Sequence record: MN276049.1
Source of the DNA: Acinetobacter phage BS46
Direction: 5' to 3' (one strand)
DNA: 64,000 bases
Part shown: positions 18,279-28,611 of the stretch, in pieces
Position numbering within the stretch: the stretch's first letter is position 1
How the letters are laid out: every line of letters begins with the position of its first letter
Position numbers and translations under genes: made by a program
The notes under the pieces: generated by a model
What the model was told of the DNA's origin: nothing
Database searches by the model: none
Seen by the model: only the letters and a program-made list of their open reading frames with translations

Positions 18279-19424
18279 ATGCAAGATATAAATACATCTC
18301 CTGTTAAAGTTGATATTAAAGTTGAAAATTCTGTCCTAACCTCAGAAGGATTTTATCAAGTTGGGTTTATTACAGAAAATAATACAGCTCCAAGAACACT
18401 GATTGTAGACAGATTAAAAGACCTCCTTGATAACGGCTTTGACAGGGGTTCTGAGGCGTATAACTTCTGTCTAGGTGTATTTGCACAGAAACAAATGGAA
18501 CGTGTCGTAGTGCGCTCTAAAAGAGCTTCTGAGAGCTATATTGATGCCTATCTTGCTGATGATAATTCTAACTACTACTTTGTAGTAATTGAGTCTAAAG
18601 ATATTAACGAAATAACAGCATTTAATGATGCGATTGATGGAGAATTAAAATTACAATTCTTCTCATCTTCTGAAAATGTTTCAGATCAAGTCTCTGGTAG
18701 AAAGTTAGTTTACTACTATCAACCTTACTTTGGTAATGAATGGTTGTTGTATGACTCATCAAGTATTGTCGAAACAGATGAAGGTAAATGGTTTTCTATT
18801 GGTGAGCTTGGTAATTACTCCGATGGAACAGGAGATTGGACGTTTGATGATGGCTCTGTTGCTGATTGGGATAATACAGACGATGTTCAATTAGAATACC
18901 AAGATTTAACAGAAGGAGAAGCTCAGTCTCAAGCGTTAATGTATCCAGAAGGCGCTTGGATTGGATATTGTGGTTATCTCTTTCCGAGTCAAGTACAGTG
19001 GTTGTACAAAAACTTAGTTCGTGTCGATACATTTGAATTAAAACAAATACCAAACTTTTCCAATACAACAATCATGTTATATGGAACAAGTAAGTCAACT
19101 GTTGGTACAGGAATGACTTGCCAACAAATACACATTAATGAACAAGTTTCATTGGATTGGTTAGTGTATGCCCTACAACGAAAGTTGTGGAAATTACTTT
19201 ATACAAGTAAAAAAATCAATGCAACAGTCTATGGACTACAATCTTTAGAAAATCAAATAAAAGAAATATTAGATGTTTCTGTAGAGCAAGGTATTTTCTC
19301 AAGCTATATCATAACAGAAAGAAAACTTGATCGAATAAACAATAAAGCATCTTTTAAATTTTCAGCTACTTTAACTCAATCTATCTTAGGGGTAGATAAA
19401 GTTGAAGGAACTATTTATCAATAA
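18279..19424 (+). CDS. virion structural protein (function unclear)
   Basis: 381-aa protein in the structural block upstream of the sheath. Confidence 0.35.
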   Translation: MQDINTSPVKVDIKVENSVLTSEGFYQVGFITENNTAPRTLIVDRLKDLLDNGFDRGSEAYNFCLGVFAQKQMERVVVRSKRASESYIDAYLADDNSNYYFVVIESKDINEITAFNDAIDGELKLQFFSSSENVSDQVSGRKLVYYYQPYFGNEWLLYDSSSIVETDEGKWFSIGELGNYSDGTGDWTFDDGSVADWDNTDDVQLEYQDLTEGEAQSQALMYPEGAWIGYCGYLFPSQVQWLYKNLVRVDTFELKQIPNFSNTTIMLYGTSKSTVGTGMTCQQIHINEQVSLDWLVYALQRKLWKLLYTSKKINATVYGLQSLENQIKEILDVSVEQGIFSSYIITERKLDRINNKASFKFSATLTQSILGVDKVEGTIYQ

Positions 19425-19436
19425 AAAGGAAAAATA

Positions 19437-20480
19437 ATGTTAACAATTGATCAAATTGTTCGTGTTGTAATTAGTAGAGAGACTTCAACAAAAACAGTTC
19501 GTGATCTTCAAAAGATTGCAATTCTCTCAGAGCATACACGTTTTGCGGAAGCATACCGTAGATACCAATCAACCACAGCCATGTTAGCTGATGGTTTTTT
19601 AACAACAGACTTTGCATATATTGCAGCACAAAGAATCTTCTCTCAAAACCCTCAAGTACGTGAAGTTATTGTTGGTAAAATCGTAGATGGTGGTACTGGT
19701 GTAGATTATGTATCAGAAATTACAAAACTTCAAGCTGAAGTTAATGATTGGTTCTTCTTGATCACTGATGCAACCGATGACGCAGATAAAATCGCTATTG
19801 CAACATACATTGAAACTCAAACAGCAATTTATGTATTCAGTGATCACAATACAGCAACTCTTACAAGTGCTACAACTGACATCTTTAGTGTTCTTAAAGA
19901 ACAAAGTCTTATGCAGTCAATTGGTATTTATGTTAAGGATACAGCAGTTGTTGCAGCAGAAGCAGCATTGGTTGGTAAGTTTGCAGTAGATATTATTGGT
20001 AGTAACTTATGGTTGCATAAAACACTTACAACTCTTACTCCAGAAAACTTTGGACCAACTCAAGTCGGTTATCTCAACAGTAAGAACGCTCTTTACTACA
20101 CTAAAGTCGGTGAAGATTTAGTTGTTGAAGGTATGGCTAATGTAGTTGGCGGTGAGAAGATTCATGTAATTCTTGGTTCTATCTGGTTAGAAGTACGAAT
20201 CGGTGAAGCATTCTGGAACTTATTATACACCAAGAACCGTATCCTTTATACAAATGGTGGTATTGACCAATTTAAAGCTGTTCTTGTTCGTATCTTGAAT
20301 GAAGCTGTAGATAACAACATCTTAACTGATGATACTCCATTCCAAATCTCTGTACCAGATGCTAACAAACTTACTTCTGCTGAACGTGCAAGCGGTATTC
20401 TTTCTAAGATTACTTTCCGTGCTCGTCTTGCAGGTGCAATTATCTTTGTTGATGCTGTTGAAGGCACTGTTTACGCTTAA
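19437..20480 (+). CDS. putative tail sheath protein
   Basis: Immediately precedes tube-like proteins, as in contractile-tail gene order. Confidence 0.4.
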   Translation: MLTIDQIVRVVISRETSTKTVRDLQKIAILSEHTRFAEAYRRYQSTTAMLADGFLTTDFAYIAAQRIFSQNPQVREVIVGKIVDGGTGVDYVSEITKLQAEVNDWFFLITDATDDADKIAIATYIETQTAIYVFSDHNTATLTSATTDIFSVLKEQSLMQSIGIYVKDTAVVAAEAALVGKFAVDIIGSNLWLHKTLTTLTPENFGPTQVGYLNSKNALYYTKVGEDLVVEGMANVVGGEKIHVILGSIWLEVRIGEAFWNLLYTKNRILYTNGGIDQFKAVLVRILNEAVDNNILTDDTPFQISVPDANKLTSAERASGILSKITFRARLAGAIIFVDAVEGTVYA

Positions 20481-20497
20481 TAAAAGGAAATTAAAAC

Positions 20498-21034
20498 ATG
20501 GCAAATACAATTGGTTCATACGTTCCATCAGCATTAACAATCGTAATTAACCATCCAGCAACTAACACTACACACGTTATTGGTGGTTACTCTCAAGATT
20601 CATCTGTGTCAATTGAGTTTCCAGACGAAACTTGGACAGAGACAGTTGGTATTGATGGTCGTACAACTCGTACACATCGTCTAGATAAGACATATCGTGC
20701 AACAATCAGTTTAGACCAAACATCTCGTAGTAATGATGTGTTGTCAGCTATTGCACGTTTTGATGAACAAGACTTAACAGGTATTCAAGGTATCTTCACT
20801 TGTACCATCACTGATAAATCTGGTCGCTCATATATTTATTCAAGTGAGTGTTTTGTTAAGAAACCTCAGACACAAGAATTTGGTAGCTCAACATCTACTC
20901 GTGAATGGATGATTGTTCTTGCTGGAAGTGATTCATGGATTGGTGGTGGTGATCGTATTGATCAAGAAACATTAGATGTGTTAGACGCATTTGGTATTGT
21001 GATTGATGATCAATGGAAACCTCTAACCGCTTAA
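20498..21034 (+). CDS. tail tube protein (putative)
   Basis: 178 aa, position after sheath; shares N-terminal SYVPSA motif with the next ORF. Confidence 0.5.
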   Translation: MANTIGSYVPSALTIVINHPATNTTHVIGGYSQDSSVSIEFPDETWTETVGIDGRTTRTHRLDKTYRATISLDQTSRSNDVLSAIARFDEQDLTGIQGIFTCTITDKSGRSYIYSSECFVKKPQTQEFGSSTSTREWMIVLAGSDSWIGGGDRIDQETLDVLDAFGIVIDDQWKPLTA

Positions 21035-21048
21035 TCTTTTGGTGATAT

Positions 21049-21627
21049 ATGTCTGGATTTTTACATAGTTATGTTCCTAGCGCTACAAGGATTAAACTCT
21101 TCGGGATTAATGTTGAAGGATTCACAGCAACAAACTTATTTGAGATAGAGCGTGATGCTCCTGCTGCTACATTCCGTAAAGCAATGGATGGTAGTCATAC
21201 TGCATTCCTTGATCGGTACGGTAGCTATAGAGTTAACATCTATGTAATGCAATCAAGTGAAGCTAACACATGGCTTCATTTGATATTCAAAGCATATCAA
21301 AAGCTAGGTGCAGATTTAAAAATTCCCCTTGAAATTGAAGATAAGAGTGGTGGTTTACATTTTACATCAATGGATTGTTTCTTTGAAACAGAACCGACAA
21401 TCAATAGAGGTTCAGAACTTGGTGAAGTAGTGTGGACATTCGTTTGTCACAATGGAGCATATAACATTTCTGGTAACGGTAATGTTGATGATCTTTATGA
21501 GAAGTTGAGTTCAATTATTCGATTAATTGAGATTGGTGGTTTAGTTGGAATTGATTTTTCAGAATTCACTGACAAGATTAAAGAGTCTGCTGACTCAGCA
21601 ATAACTCGATTGAAATCTTTGGTGTGA
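21049..21627 (+). CDS. tube-like paralog
   Basis: N-terminus HSYVPSATRI parallels GSYVPSALTI of the preceding ORF. Confidence 0.4.
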   Translation: MSGFLHSYVPSATRIKLFGINVEGFTATNLFEIERDAPAATFRKAMDGSHTAFLDRYGSYRVNIYVMQSSEANTWLHLIFKAYQKLGADLKIPLEIEDKSGGLHFTSMDCFFETEPTINRGSELGEVVWTFVCHNGAYNISGNGNVDDLYEKLSSIIRLIEIGGLVGIDFSEFTDKIKESADSAITRLKSLV

Positions 21628-21660
21628 TAAACATTACATGTAATTGACAAGGGGTAAGTA

Positions 21661-22185
21661 GTGAGTGTACTAGATGAAATTGCTTCCAAAGCAAAAGATT
21701 TGTTTCAAGGAAGTAATATACTTAATCGAAGAACTCGTTCTTACGATGCAAGTAAAAACAAAATAATCATTGCAGGTTTTGAACTAGATGGTGTTGTTGA
21801 GGCAACACTTTCTGGTAAGACTGTAGCAAAGGTAGATCAAGGTGTAAGTAAGCAATATTACGCTTATTACGAAACACACGAACCAAGAACATTAAATATT
21901 ACAGTATTACCTACAGCAAAATGTAATGGTGTTTTAGAACTACTAGCCTATTCGCAAAACAAAAAGAAAGGGTGGTTCACAACATACATTGTAGAAAACG
22001 GTGTACCTGTAGATATTTATAAATCTGTATTTCTTAATTTAAGTGAAATAGGAATGCAACAAGAAGGACAAAACAAAGTTTATGTTATTGGTATTTGTGA
22101 TGCATCAAATAATGCTGTATCTCAAACAACAAGCGAAGCTGAATCAGTAACAACAGAAACTACTGTAGAAAGTGTCCCTGAATAA
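21661..22185 (+). CDS. tail structural or assembly protein
   Basis: Position between tube and chaperone genes. Confidence 0.35.
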   Translation: MSVLDEIASKAKDLFQGSNILNRRTRSYDASKNKIIIAGFELDGVVEATLSGKTVAKVDQGVSKQYYAYYETHEPRTLNITVLPTAKCNGVLELLAYSQNKKKGWFTTYIVENGVPVDIYKSVFLNLSEIGMQQEGQNKVYVIGICDASNNAVSQTTSEAESVTTETTVESVPE

Positions 22186-22193
22186 GAATACTT

Positions 22194-22598
22194 TTGGAGA
22201 ATATAATGACAGAAAGAACAAAACAAGTTATTAAAACAATTAATGATCGAACATACGTAATCAACTCTTTTCGTGGAGAAAAAGGTTGGGAATTCTTACC
22301 ACGTTTATCTAAATACATCTTCCCTTTCATTGGTTTCTTGGGTGGTGAAGAATTAACTGACGAACAAGCTGGTGAATCTTTAAGTCGATTACTTGAAGGT
22401 GAAAACTCAAGAGAGATTTCAATTCTTATCAAAGAGCTTGTGTCTGATGTAGAAGTTGGTGGTATGAAAATCAATTTCAATGAAGAGTTCTCTGAAAACT
22501 ATGATGCTTTGTTAATTCTAGCTCTTGAAGTTATTAAGCTCAATTATGCTAAATCTTTTCAAAGACTCGTTACGAATTTCAACAACGTATTGGCGTAA
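22194..22598 (+). CDS. tail assembly chaperone (G-like)
   Basis: Acidic 134-aa protein immediately upstream of tape measure. A -1 frame continues open across its stop. Confidence 0.45.
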   Translation: MENIMTERTKQVIKTINDRTYVINSFRGEKGWEFLPRLSKYIFPFIGFLGGEELTDEQAGESLSRLLEGENSREISILIKELVSDVEVGGMKINFNEEFSENYDALLILALEVIKLNYAKSFQRLVTNFNNVLA

Positions 22599-22840
22599 AT
22601 GAAACGTATACGAGGGTAAACAAAGCAGAAATAGAGAAAATTGAAAAGACATTCTCTATGCCGTTAGCTTGGATTGCTATTTTATCCAGCCCTGATGTTG
22701 ATTTTGTTTCAGCATTCCAGAAATTAAAATATGAGTTAACCATTGAAGATGTTTATGACTTATTAGAGATCATAGAATTCAAGAAATGGGAGAACTTCGA
22801 GAAACAACAAGCACAAGAAGAAGCTAATAAAAGAAGGTAA
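22553..22840 (+). CDS. -1 frame extension of the chaperone (GT-like product via programmed frameshift), candidate
   Basis: Frame -1 is open from 22553 to 22840 and overlaps the chaperone 3' end by 45 nt. Overlap contains U-UUU-C at 22555-22560. The ATG at 22658 has no RBS. Confidence 0.35.
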   Translation: MFSKTRYEFQQRIGVNETYTRVNKAEIEKIEKTFSMPLAWIAILSSPDVDFVSAFQKLKYELTIEDVYDLLEIIEFKKWENFEKQQAQEEANKRR

Positions 22841-22845
22841 TTAGA

Positions 22846-24888
22846 ATGCAGATAGCAAGTTTATTCGCATCGTTAGGGTTTAAAGTTGATACTAAAGGAC
22901 TAGATGCATTCCAATCAAAACTACGTGAGGTTCGTGGTGATACAGCACTCTTTGCAAGAAACGCTAGAGTGTTAGCTGCTAACCTACGTAGTATGTCTTC
23001 TGGTTTAGATGGTGTAACAAGTCGGTTAGACAAGCTCTCATTAAAGAGAGCAAACACAAACATCTCTGAGAGTTATAGTCAAGTTGCAAAATCAGTTAAA
23101 GATTTAAGTTCAGCTCTTAACTCTATCGACAATAACAGAAAAAAGATCACCCTTAGCTTAGGTAAAATCCATTCATCAGTTAAAGCTGGTGAACCAATTT
23201 GGGATAAATACAAACAAACAGTTTTAGAAACAAAAGCTGCTCTAGTTGCTGTTAATGGACAAATGCAACAACTTAGAAAAAACTCTAATGTTGGTGTAAG
23301 AACAAGTGGAATGGGTGGTGGTAGCGGAGGTAGTTCTACAGGTGGAAGACCACGATCTTCATTCGGAATGTCTTTAGGTGGTAGTGAAGGTTTATTAGCT
23401 GGTGGTGGTTTCTTTAGAGCCATGCTCCCTGCTGTAGCTACTGCTGGTGGTTTACCTACTCTTGGTTATGCTGTAGCGAAGGTTGTTGAACAAGGACGAG
23501 AAGTTCAGAAGATGGACATCGTTCTTAAAATGGCATCGTCAAGTGCTGAAGAGTTTGGTAGAAACTTAGAGTTTGTTAGGAAGACAGCACAAGAAGTTGG
23601 TGTTGATGTAACAGAGTTTGGTCAAGCATACGCTAAAATGCTTCAAGCAACTAAAGACGTAAAAGGTCTTGGTCTTGAAGATAAAGAGAAAATGTTTAAA
23701 GACTTATCAATTTACATGCGTACAATTGGTAGCTCTACGGATGACCAACAAGGTATTTTCCGCGCATTAACCCAGATGTTTACGAAAGGTAAAGTTCAAG
23801 CGGAAGAACTCTTACAGATGGCAGAGCGTGGTGTACCTGCTGCTATCGAGATTAAGAAAGCTGCTATTGAAGGTCTTAAAATGACTGATAAGCAGTTTGA
23901 CTTAGCTCAGAAGAAAGGTGAGCTTGATCCAGCTAAACTTCTACCTATCATGGCTGCTAACTTAGCTAAACTAGCTCAAGAAAGTGGTGCATATGAGAAA
24001 GCACTCGATACTTCTGCAACAGCACAACAACGATTCAAGAACGAATTAAAACTTCTTTCTGATGAAATCCTACAAGGTGGTTTAGATCAAGGATTGAAAA
24101 ATCTATTTAATAGTTTGTCTGATTTAATCAAAATCACTAAAGAAGCTATTGGATGGATGAAAGGATTCAAAAAAGGGCTGGATGAAGTCAGTGGTGGTAA
24201 CAGTGGTTTAATATTAAGTATTGCTGCTTTATCGCTTGTCTTATTTAGATTTAGAAAACCAATCATAATGATTTGGCAATACTTCAAACTTGTCAGAGCA
24301 ATGGGTGGTGGTTTATCAACATTCTTTAGTGGGACATTTGTTAAGAGTGTATTAAGACTTGGTGGTAAATTATTCTGGTTAGTGACAGCTTTTGAAGCAG
24401 TGTTAGCTATTGGTGATGCGCTAAATAAAGAAGCTGAAGGAACTCCAACATGGATTAGTTGGTGGATATTAAACCTAGAAACACTTTGGGTTAATGTTGT
24501 TTATTATATTGCTAAGATGCGATATGAGTGGGCTAAGTTCACAAACGATATGAGCAACAACGCTAAAATGTCATTTTTTGGTGGTGAACTGGAATCAGAT
24601 CGAATCCTCAACAAGTATCGAAAGCAATCTCCAGCAACAAATCAAGGTACAGGTACAACAGAAAAACTGAAAGGTAGTAGTTTTGCAGTACTAGAAGCTC
24701 TTAAATATTTGCAGTCTGAAATTACGAGTGGTCGTTTCGGTCGTATAAGTTATGACCCTAATCAATACGGTTCTCAAGGTAGACTTGGTTATATTGAAAT
24801 CATGCAGAATGGTAAAGTTGTAGATAGACTTAGTCTTGATTCGGCAGGTAATAACCATGCAAAAATAGCATCGGAGACATACTTTTGA
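22846..24888 (+). CDS. tail tape measure protein
   Basis: 680 aa, coiled-coil and Gly-rich segments, hydrophobic region, directly downstream of the chaperone pair. Confidence 0.8.
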   Translation: MQIASLFASLGFKVDTKGLDAFQSKLREVRGDTALFARNARVLAANLRSMSSGLDGVTSRLDKLSLKRANTNISESYSQVAKSVKDLSSALNSIDNNRKKITLSLGKIHSSVKAGEPIWDKYKQTVLETKAALVAVNGQMQQLRKNSNVGVRTSGMGGGSGGSSTGGRPRSSFGMSLGGSEGLLAGGGFFRAMLPAVATAGGLPTLGYAVAKVVEQGREVQKMDIVLKMASSSAEEFGRNLEFVRKTAQEVGVDVTEFGQAYAKMLQATKDVKGLGLEDKEKMFKDLSIYMRTIGSSTDDQQGIFRALTQMFTKGKVQAEELLQMAERGVPAAIEIKKAAIEGLKMTDKQFDLAQKKGELDPAKLLPIMAANLAKLAQESGAYEKALDTSATAQQRFKNELKLLSDEILQGGLDQGLKNLFNSLSDLIKITKEAIGWMKGFKKGLDEVSGGNSGLILSIAALSLVLFRFRKPIIMIWQYFKLVRAMGGGLSTFFSGTFVKSVLRLGGKLFWLVTAFEAVLAIGDALNKEAEGTPTWISWWILNLETLWVNVVYYIAKMRYEWAKFTNDMSNNAKMSFFGGELESDRILNKYRKQSPATNQGTGTTEKLKGSSFAVLEALKYLQSEITSGRFGRISYDPNQYGSQGRLGYIEIMQNGKVVDRLSLDSAGNNHAKIASETYF

Positions 24889-25739
24889 TATATACATTAC
24901 TTATTAAAAACTCTGATGGTCAAACATCCTCTGTTATTTCTTTTAGCTCTGTTCGTTCTTTCTCTGAATCCCTTGCTGCAACAACTACAGATAATGTTGT
25001 TGAATACGGGTTTCCTGTTTCAGATCATATGTTAGTGAATAACATTACGTTTGATCTAGATGTAATCGTTACAGGATTCTCTGTTTTTAATGACGATCTT
25101 GAATTGTTTTGGAATGGAACAGATTTTGTAACTAATGCTCCTGAACAGCTATCAGCACAGAATGCTCATTTGATTATGAGAAAGCAACTAAAAGATTTAA
25201 TCTTAAATCGGATTGTTTTCTCATTACTAATCTCAGAAGATAATTCCTTTGTTGAGGATATTAACTCCAAAGAAAGTCAATTAAGAAAAAGCATAGTAGA
25301 TGAATATAGTAACTGTGTTTGTACAAGCTTAGTTTTATCTGAGAGTGAAGCTACAACAGGAGCAATATTTGCTAAGTTAAATCTTAAACAGATTCGTGCT
25401 GCTCTTGTTAAAACAAGGGAATTAGAGTCTGGTGAAAGAGTTAGACAGATTGATCGTATTTCACCAACACCAACAGTGAGTATGCAAAACTCGACAGAGG
25501 CAAGTAATGGTAAAGACTCTAGTGGTGCTGATGACTTATCAAAAGAAAGCAAATCAATTAAAGATGGTATTAATCAAGGAAAGCTTCCTAAGTCTGGTGA
25601 AACTGGATTAACTCAAGCAGAGATCAATAGAAGACAAGTTGAGGCTAATACAATTGCGACAGGACATGCTGAAAACAAAATGAAATTGGCAGAAGCAGCA
25701 AGATTAGACGCCAAACGTGAAGCTGGAGACTTTAAATGA
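24885..25739 (+). CDS. distal tail / DNA-circulation-like protein (putative)
   Basis: Position after tape measure as in the Mu/P2 order. Confidence 0.35.
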   Translation: MIYTLLIKNSDGQTSSVISFSSVRSFSESLAATTTDNVVEYGFPVSDHMLVNNITFDLDVIVTGFSVFNDDLELFWNGTDFVTNAPEQLSAQNAHLIMRKQLKDLILNRIVFSLLISEDNSFVEDINSKESQLRKSIVDEYSNCVCTSLVLSESEATTGAIFAKLNLKQIRAALVKTRELESGERVRQIDRISPTPTVSMQNSTEASNGKDSSGADDLSKESKSIKDGINQGKLPKSGETGLTQAEINRRQVEANTIATGHAENKMKLAEAARLDAKREAGDFK

Positions 25740-26128
25740 TTACAGATGATACTGACGTTTGGTACATCATCAAACTAGCTTTATTTAATAATCTAAATTA
25801 TTACAACGATGTTGTTATTGACGGAATATCGTGTAGATTTACTTTTGAGTATAACGAGAGAGTAGGTACTAGATACTTATCAATTGTCACTGCATCAGGT
25901 ACGGTTCTTTTAAGTCAAACACCTTTATTTAAAGAACATGAATTATATTTAGACGTTAATGCAGATTTAATCGGAATACATGAATGTATGATTAAATTAG
26001 TGAAGCTTGATAACTTAATTGATGATGATCTACTTAATTGGGCAGATAATTATATTATCTATATTAAAGGTGTTTTTGATGATGTGTACGAAGATTATTT
26101 AGATTTGAAAAAATCATTAGTTATTTAA
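25736..26128 (+). CDS. tail/baseplate protein
   Basis: Position. Confidence 0.35.
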   Translation: MITDDTDVWYIIKLALFNNLNYYNDVVIDGISCRFTFEYNERVGTRYLSIVTASGTVLLSQTPLFKEHELYLDVNADLIGIHECMIKLVKLDNLIDDDLLNWADNYIIYIKGVFDDVYEDYLDLKKSLVI

Positions 26129-26132
26129 GGAG

Positions 26133-27452
26133 ATGAATGTGGCAGACATTAAAGGTGTTCAGTTTGGACGATTACTAGAAGTTAATGTTTTTAACTTCAA
26201 TACAAATGAGGTTGTCACATTCTCTGGATTCGATATGGAATGCGAATTCTATAAAACTGATGATGCAGTTAATGAAGCTTCTATTGGTCGTGTTGCTATT
26301 TATAACATGACAGATGAAACTTTCAATAAGATTGATGTTGCAGGATGTGAGTTAGAAGTTAAGTTCGGGTATGAAGAAACAGACAGTAAAGCTCAGAGAC
26401 TTTTTCTTGCTTCCGTTGTCTCTGTTGATAGACATATTGACGGAAGTAACATTATAACAGTATTTCAAGTGTCTCTTAATTTTAGAGAGTATAATTTCAC
26501 TCCTGTATCATTATCTAGAAGAGAAAAAACAATTGCTTCAATTATCACTCAAGTTGGTGAATATTATGATGCAGTATTTAAAATTGATTTAGCAAACATT
26601 CCAAAAGAACATCAATCTAAAGTATCTGACTACTTAACATTAGGATTATTACCAAAATTTACTTTTAATGGAACACTCAATGAGTTTCTTAAAAGGTTGA
26701 ATAATGATTTTGGGTTAACAAACCATTCTGTAACTGAAGGGGCGGCAGGAAACAATTCAAAGGTTGTTAAAGAGCTGGTTTTTACTTTTAGAGATAACTA
26801 CGTACCAACCATTATAAATAAAGCAAATAAACCGTATGCTAAAATCAAAGAACAACAAGAACTAGACATCTTATTTCAACGAGACACTTCAGATGTTGTA
26901 ACAATATTAACTCACGATACAGGGTTAATTGGAACACCTCAAGTTGAATATAAAATCCAACGGGTTTCTGAATATTGGCAATTTACTGAAACAGATCAAC
27001 AAACATTCGAATCTCAAGTAAGACAACAGAATAAAAACATTCGAGAGGCTAATGCTGCTGCTAAACGTGCGGAAAGAGAAGCTAAAGCTAAGGAAAAAGG
27101 TAAAACTTTAAAACCTAGAAAACCTAGAAAAGCAGGGACAATTTCTGTAAAACGCAAGTATCTAAAAGCAAGAGCTTTACCAAACGTTGCTGTAAGACCT
27201 TTGAGTATTATCGAAATACAATCAAAATTAAAAGAAAATAGTGGGTTATATCGTGTTCGTGGTGTTCATTTTAGTATTAATAATTTCAAAGCGGATGTCT
27301 ATATGGAAATGACATTGGAGAGTGTTGATACAGAAGATAAAGTTGTTTATGTTGATCCAACCAGTGATGGTGACTTTAATTTTAGTGGTAGTTTAGGCTC
27401 AGAATATACTGTCGGTAGTGAATCTGATCTTGATACAGGAGGTTTTGACTGA
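26133..27452 (+). CDS. baseplate hub protein (putative)
   Basis: 439 aa preceding the spike/W/J/I block. Confidence 0.45.
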   Translation: MNVADIKGVQFGRLLEVNVFNFNTNEVVTFSGFDMECEFYKTDDAVNEASIGRVAIYNMTDETFNKIDVAGCELEVKFGYEETDSKAQRLFLASVVSVDRHIDGSNIITVFQVSLNFREYNFTPVSLSRREKTIASIITQVGEYYDAVFKIDLANIPKEHQSKVSDYLTLGLLPKFTFNGTLNEFLKRLNNDFGLTNHSVTEGAAGNNSKVVKELVFTFRDNYVPTIINKANKPYAKIKEQQELDILFQRDTSDVVTILTHDTGLIGTPQVEYKIQRVSEYWQFTETDQQTFESQVRQQNKNIREANAAAKRAEREAKAKEKGKTLKPRKPRKAGTISVKRKYLKARALPNVAVRPLSIIEIQSKLKENSGLYRVRGVHFSINNFKADVYMEMTLESVDTEDKVVYVDPTSDGDFNFSGSLGSEYTVGSESDLDTGGFD

Positions 27453-28174
27453 TGAGAGATTTAAACCCCGTAATTAGAAATATTGCTTTAAATGAAATTA
27501 AAGGTTTAAACTTTTGTATGCCAGCAGTTGTTGTTAGTATTGAAAGACTAACTGACGGCTTAATTGATGTAGCACCAGTGATTGATAAATTCACATCAAC
27601 TATTGGTTATACTGAGTACGATGTAATCTATGATGTACCAATTGTCTCCGTAAACACCTCTACAAGCTCCATACAGGTCCCTATTAATCAAGGTGATGGA
27701 GTACTACTAATCTTCACACAAAGTGACGCTAGTGAGTATCTACAGGGCTTAAAAGAGGCACATGAACCTAATAGTAACTCATTTTTATCTTTAGACAATG
27801 CTGTAGCTTTTATTGGATTTAATCCGTATCAAGAATCTGTTTATAATAATAACAATTATAAAAATTCAATCAACAATAAATCATTAACTATTGTCCACAA
27901 CAAGAACACCGATAATGAAATTATGATGTCCTTAAATCCTGATGGAACATTAGGAGTTATTGCAAATAAAGTTGATGTTAAGTGTAAACAAGCAGACGTT
28001 AAAGCTGATACTGTAAATGTTGATGCTTCTACTATTGATGCTAAAAACTCTCTTATAAAAACAGAAAATGATTTATCAATTAAAGGCAAGTCAGTTTATC
28101 AATTTATGACATCTCACACACATGCTGGTGTACAAAGTGGTTCAAGCAATACAGCTCCACCTAACCCATTATAA
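27452..28174 (+). CDS. baseplate central spike (gpV/gp45-like)
   Basis: The C-terminal tip SHTHAGVQSGSSNTAPP is typical of gpV-family spikes; position before the W-like gene. Confidence 0.55.
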   Translation: MRDLNPVIRNIALNEIKGLNFCMPAVVVSIERLTDGLIDVAPVIDKFTSTIGYTEYDVIYDVPIVSVNTSTSSIQVPINQGDGVLLIFTQSDASEYLQGLKEAHEPNSNSFLSLDNAVAFIGFNPYQESVYNNNNYKNSINNKSLTIVHNKNTDNEIMMSLNPDGTLGVIANKVDVKCKQADVKADTVNVDASTIDAKNSLIKTENDLSIKGKSVYQFMTSHTHAGVQSGSSNTAPPNPL

Positions 28175-28186
28175 CAAGGACAATAT

Positions 28187-28603
28187 ATGGATTTCTTTTT
28201 AGACCAAAATACAAAAGACCTTGTTTTATTTGATGGTGATTTTAAAATTATTACTAACCAACCAGATCAACTTGTACAAAGGTTATTTATTAGATTAAAA
28301 ACTTTCATTAGAGATTTATTCTGGAATCCATCTTACGGAATCGACTACTTAAATAAAGTGTATGGATTGAATAGAAATAAAAGTACAGTTGATGCTTTAT
28401 TTATTAATGAAATTCAAAAAGAGGAAATGGTTGATTACGTAATAGAATACGATTCAGAGATTCGTGATTATAAATATGGATGTAAATTTTCAGTTAAATT
28501 ATTAAGTGTAGATGTTCCAGTTATATTCTACACACTTATTACTGAAGAAGGATTAACACTTACAGATGAGAATGGAAATATTCTTGTTGCACAGTTAGCT
28601 TAG
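28187..28603 (+). CDS. baseplate wedge protein (gpW/gp25-like)
   Basis: 138 aa between spike and J-like genes. Confidence 0.45.
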   Translation: MDFFLDQNTKDLVLFDGDFKIITNQPDQLVQRLFIRLKTFIRDLFWNPSYGIDYLNKVYGLNRNKSTVDALFINEIQKEEMVDYVIEYDSEIRDYKYGCKFSVKLLSVDVPVIFYTLITEEGLTLTDENGNILVAQLA

Positions 28604-28611
28604 AGGACACA

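Noticed and set aside
19713-19989. Short ORFs on both strands inside the putative sheath gene (19713-19904 minus, 19768-19989 plus)
   Set aside because: Overlap a long, well-positioned gene; Cys/Leu-rich low-complexity translations typical of out-of-frame AT-rich sequence.
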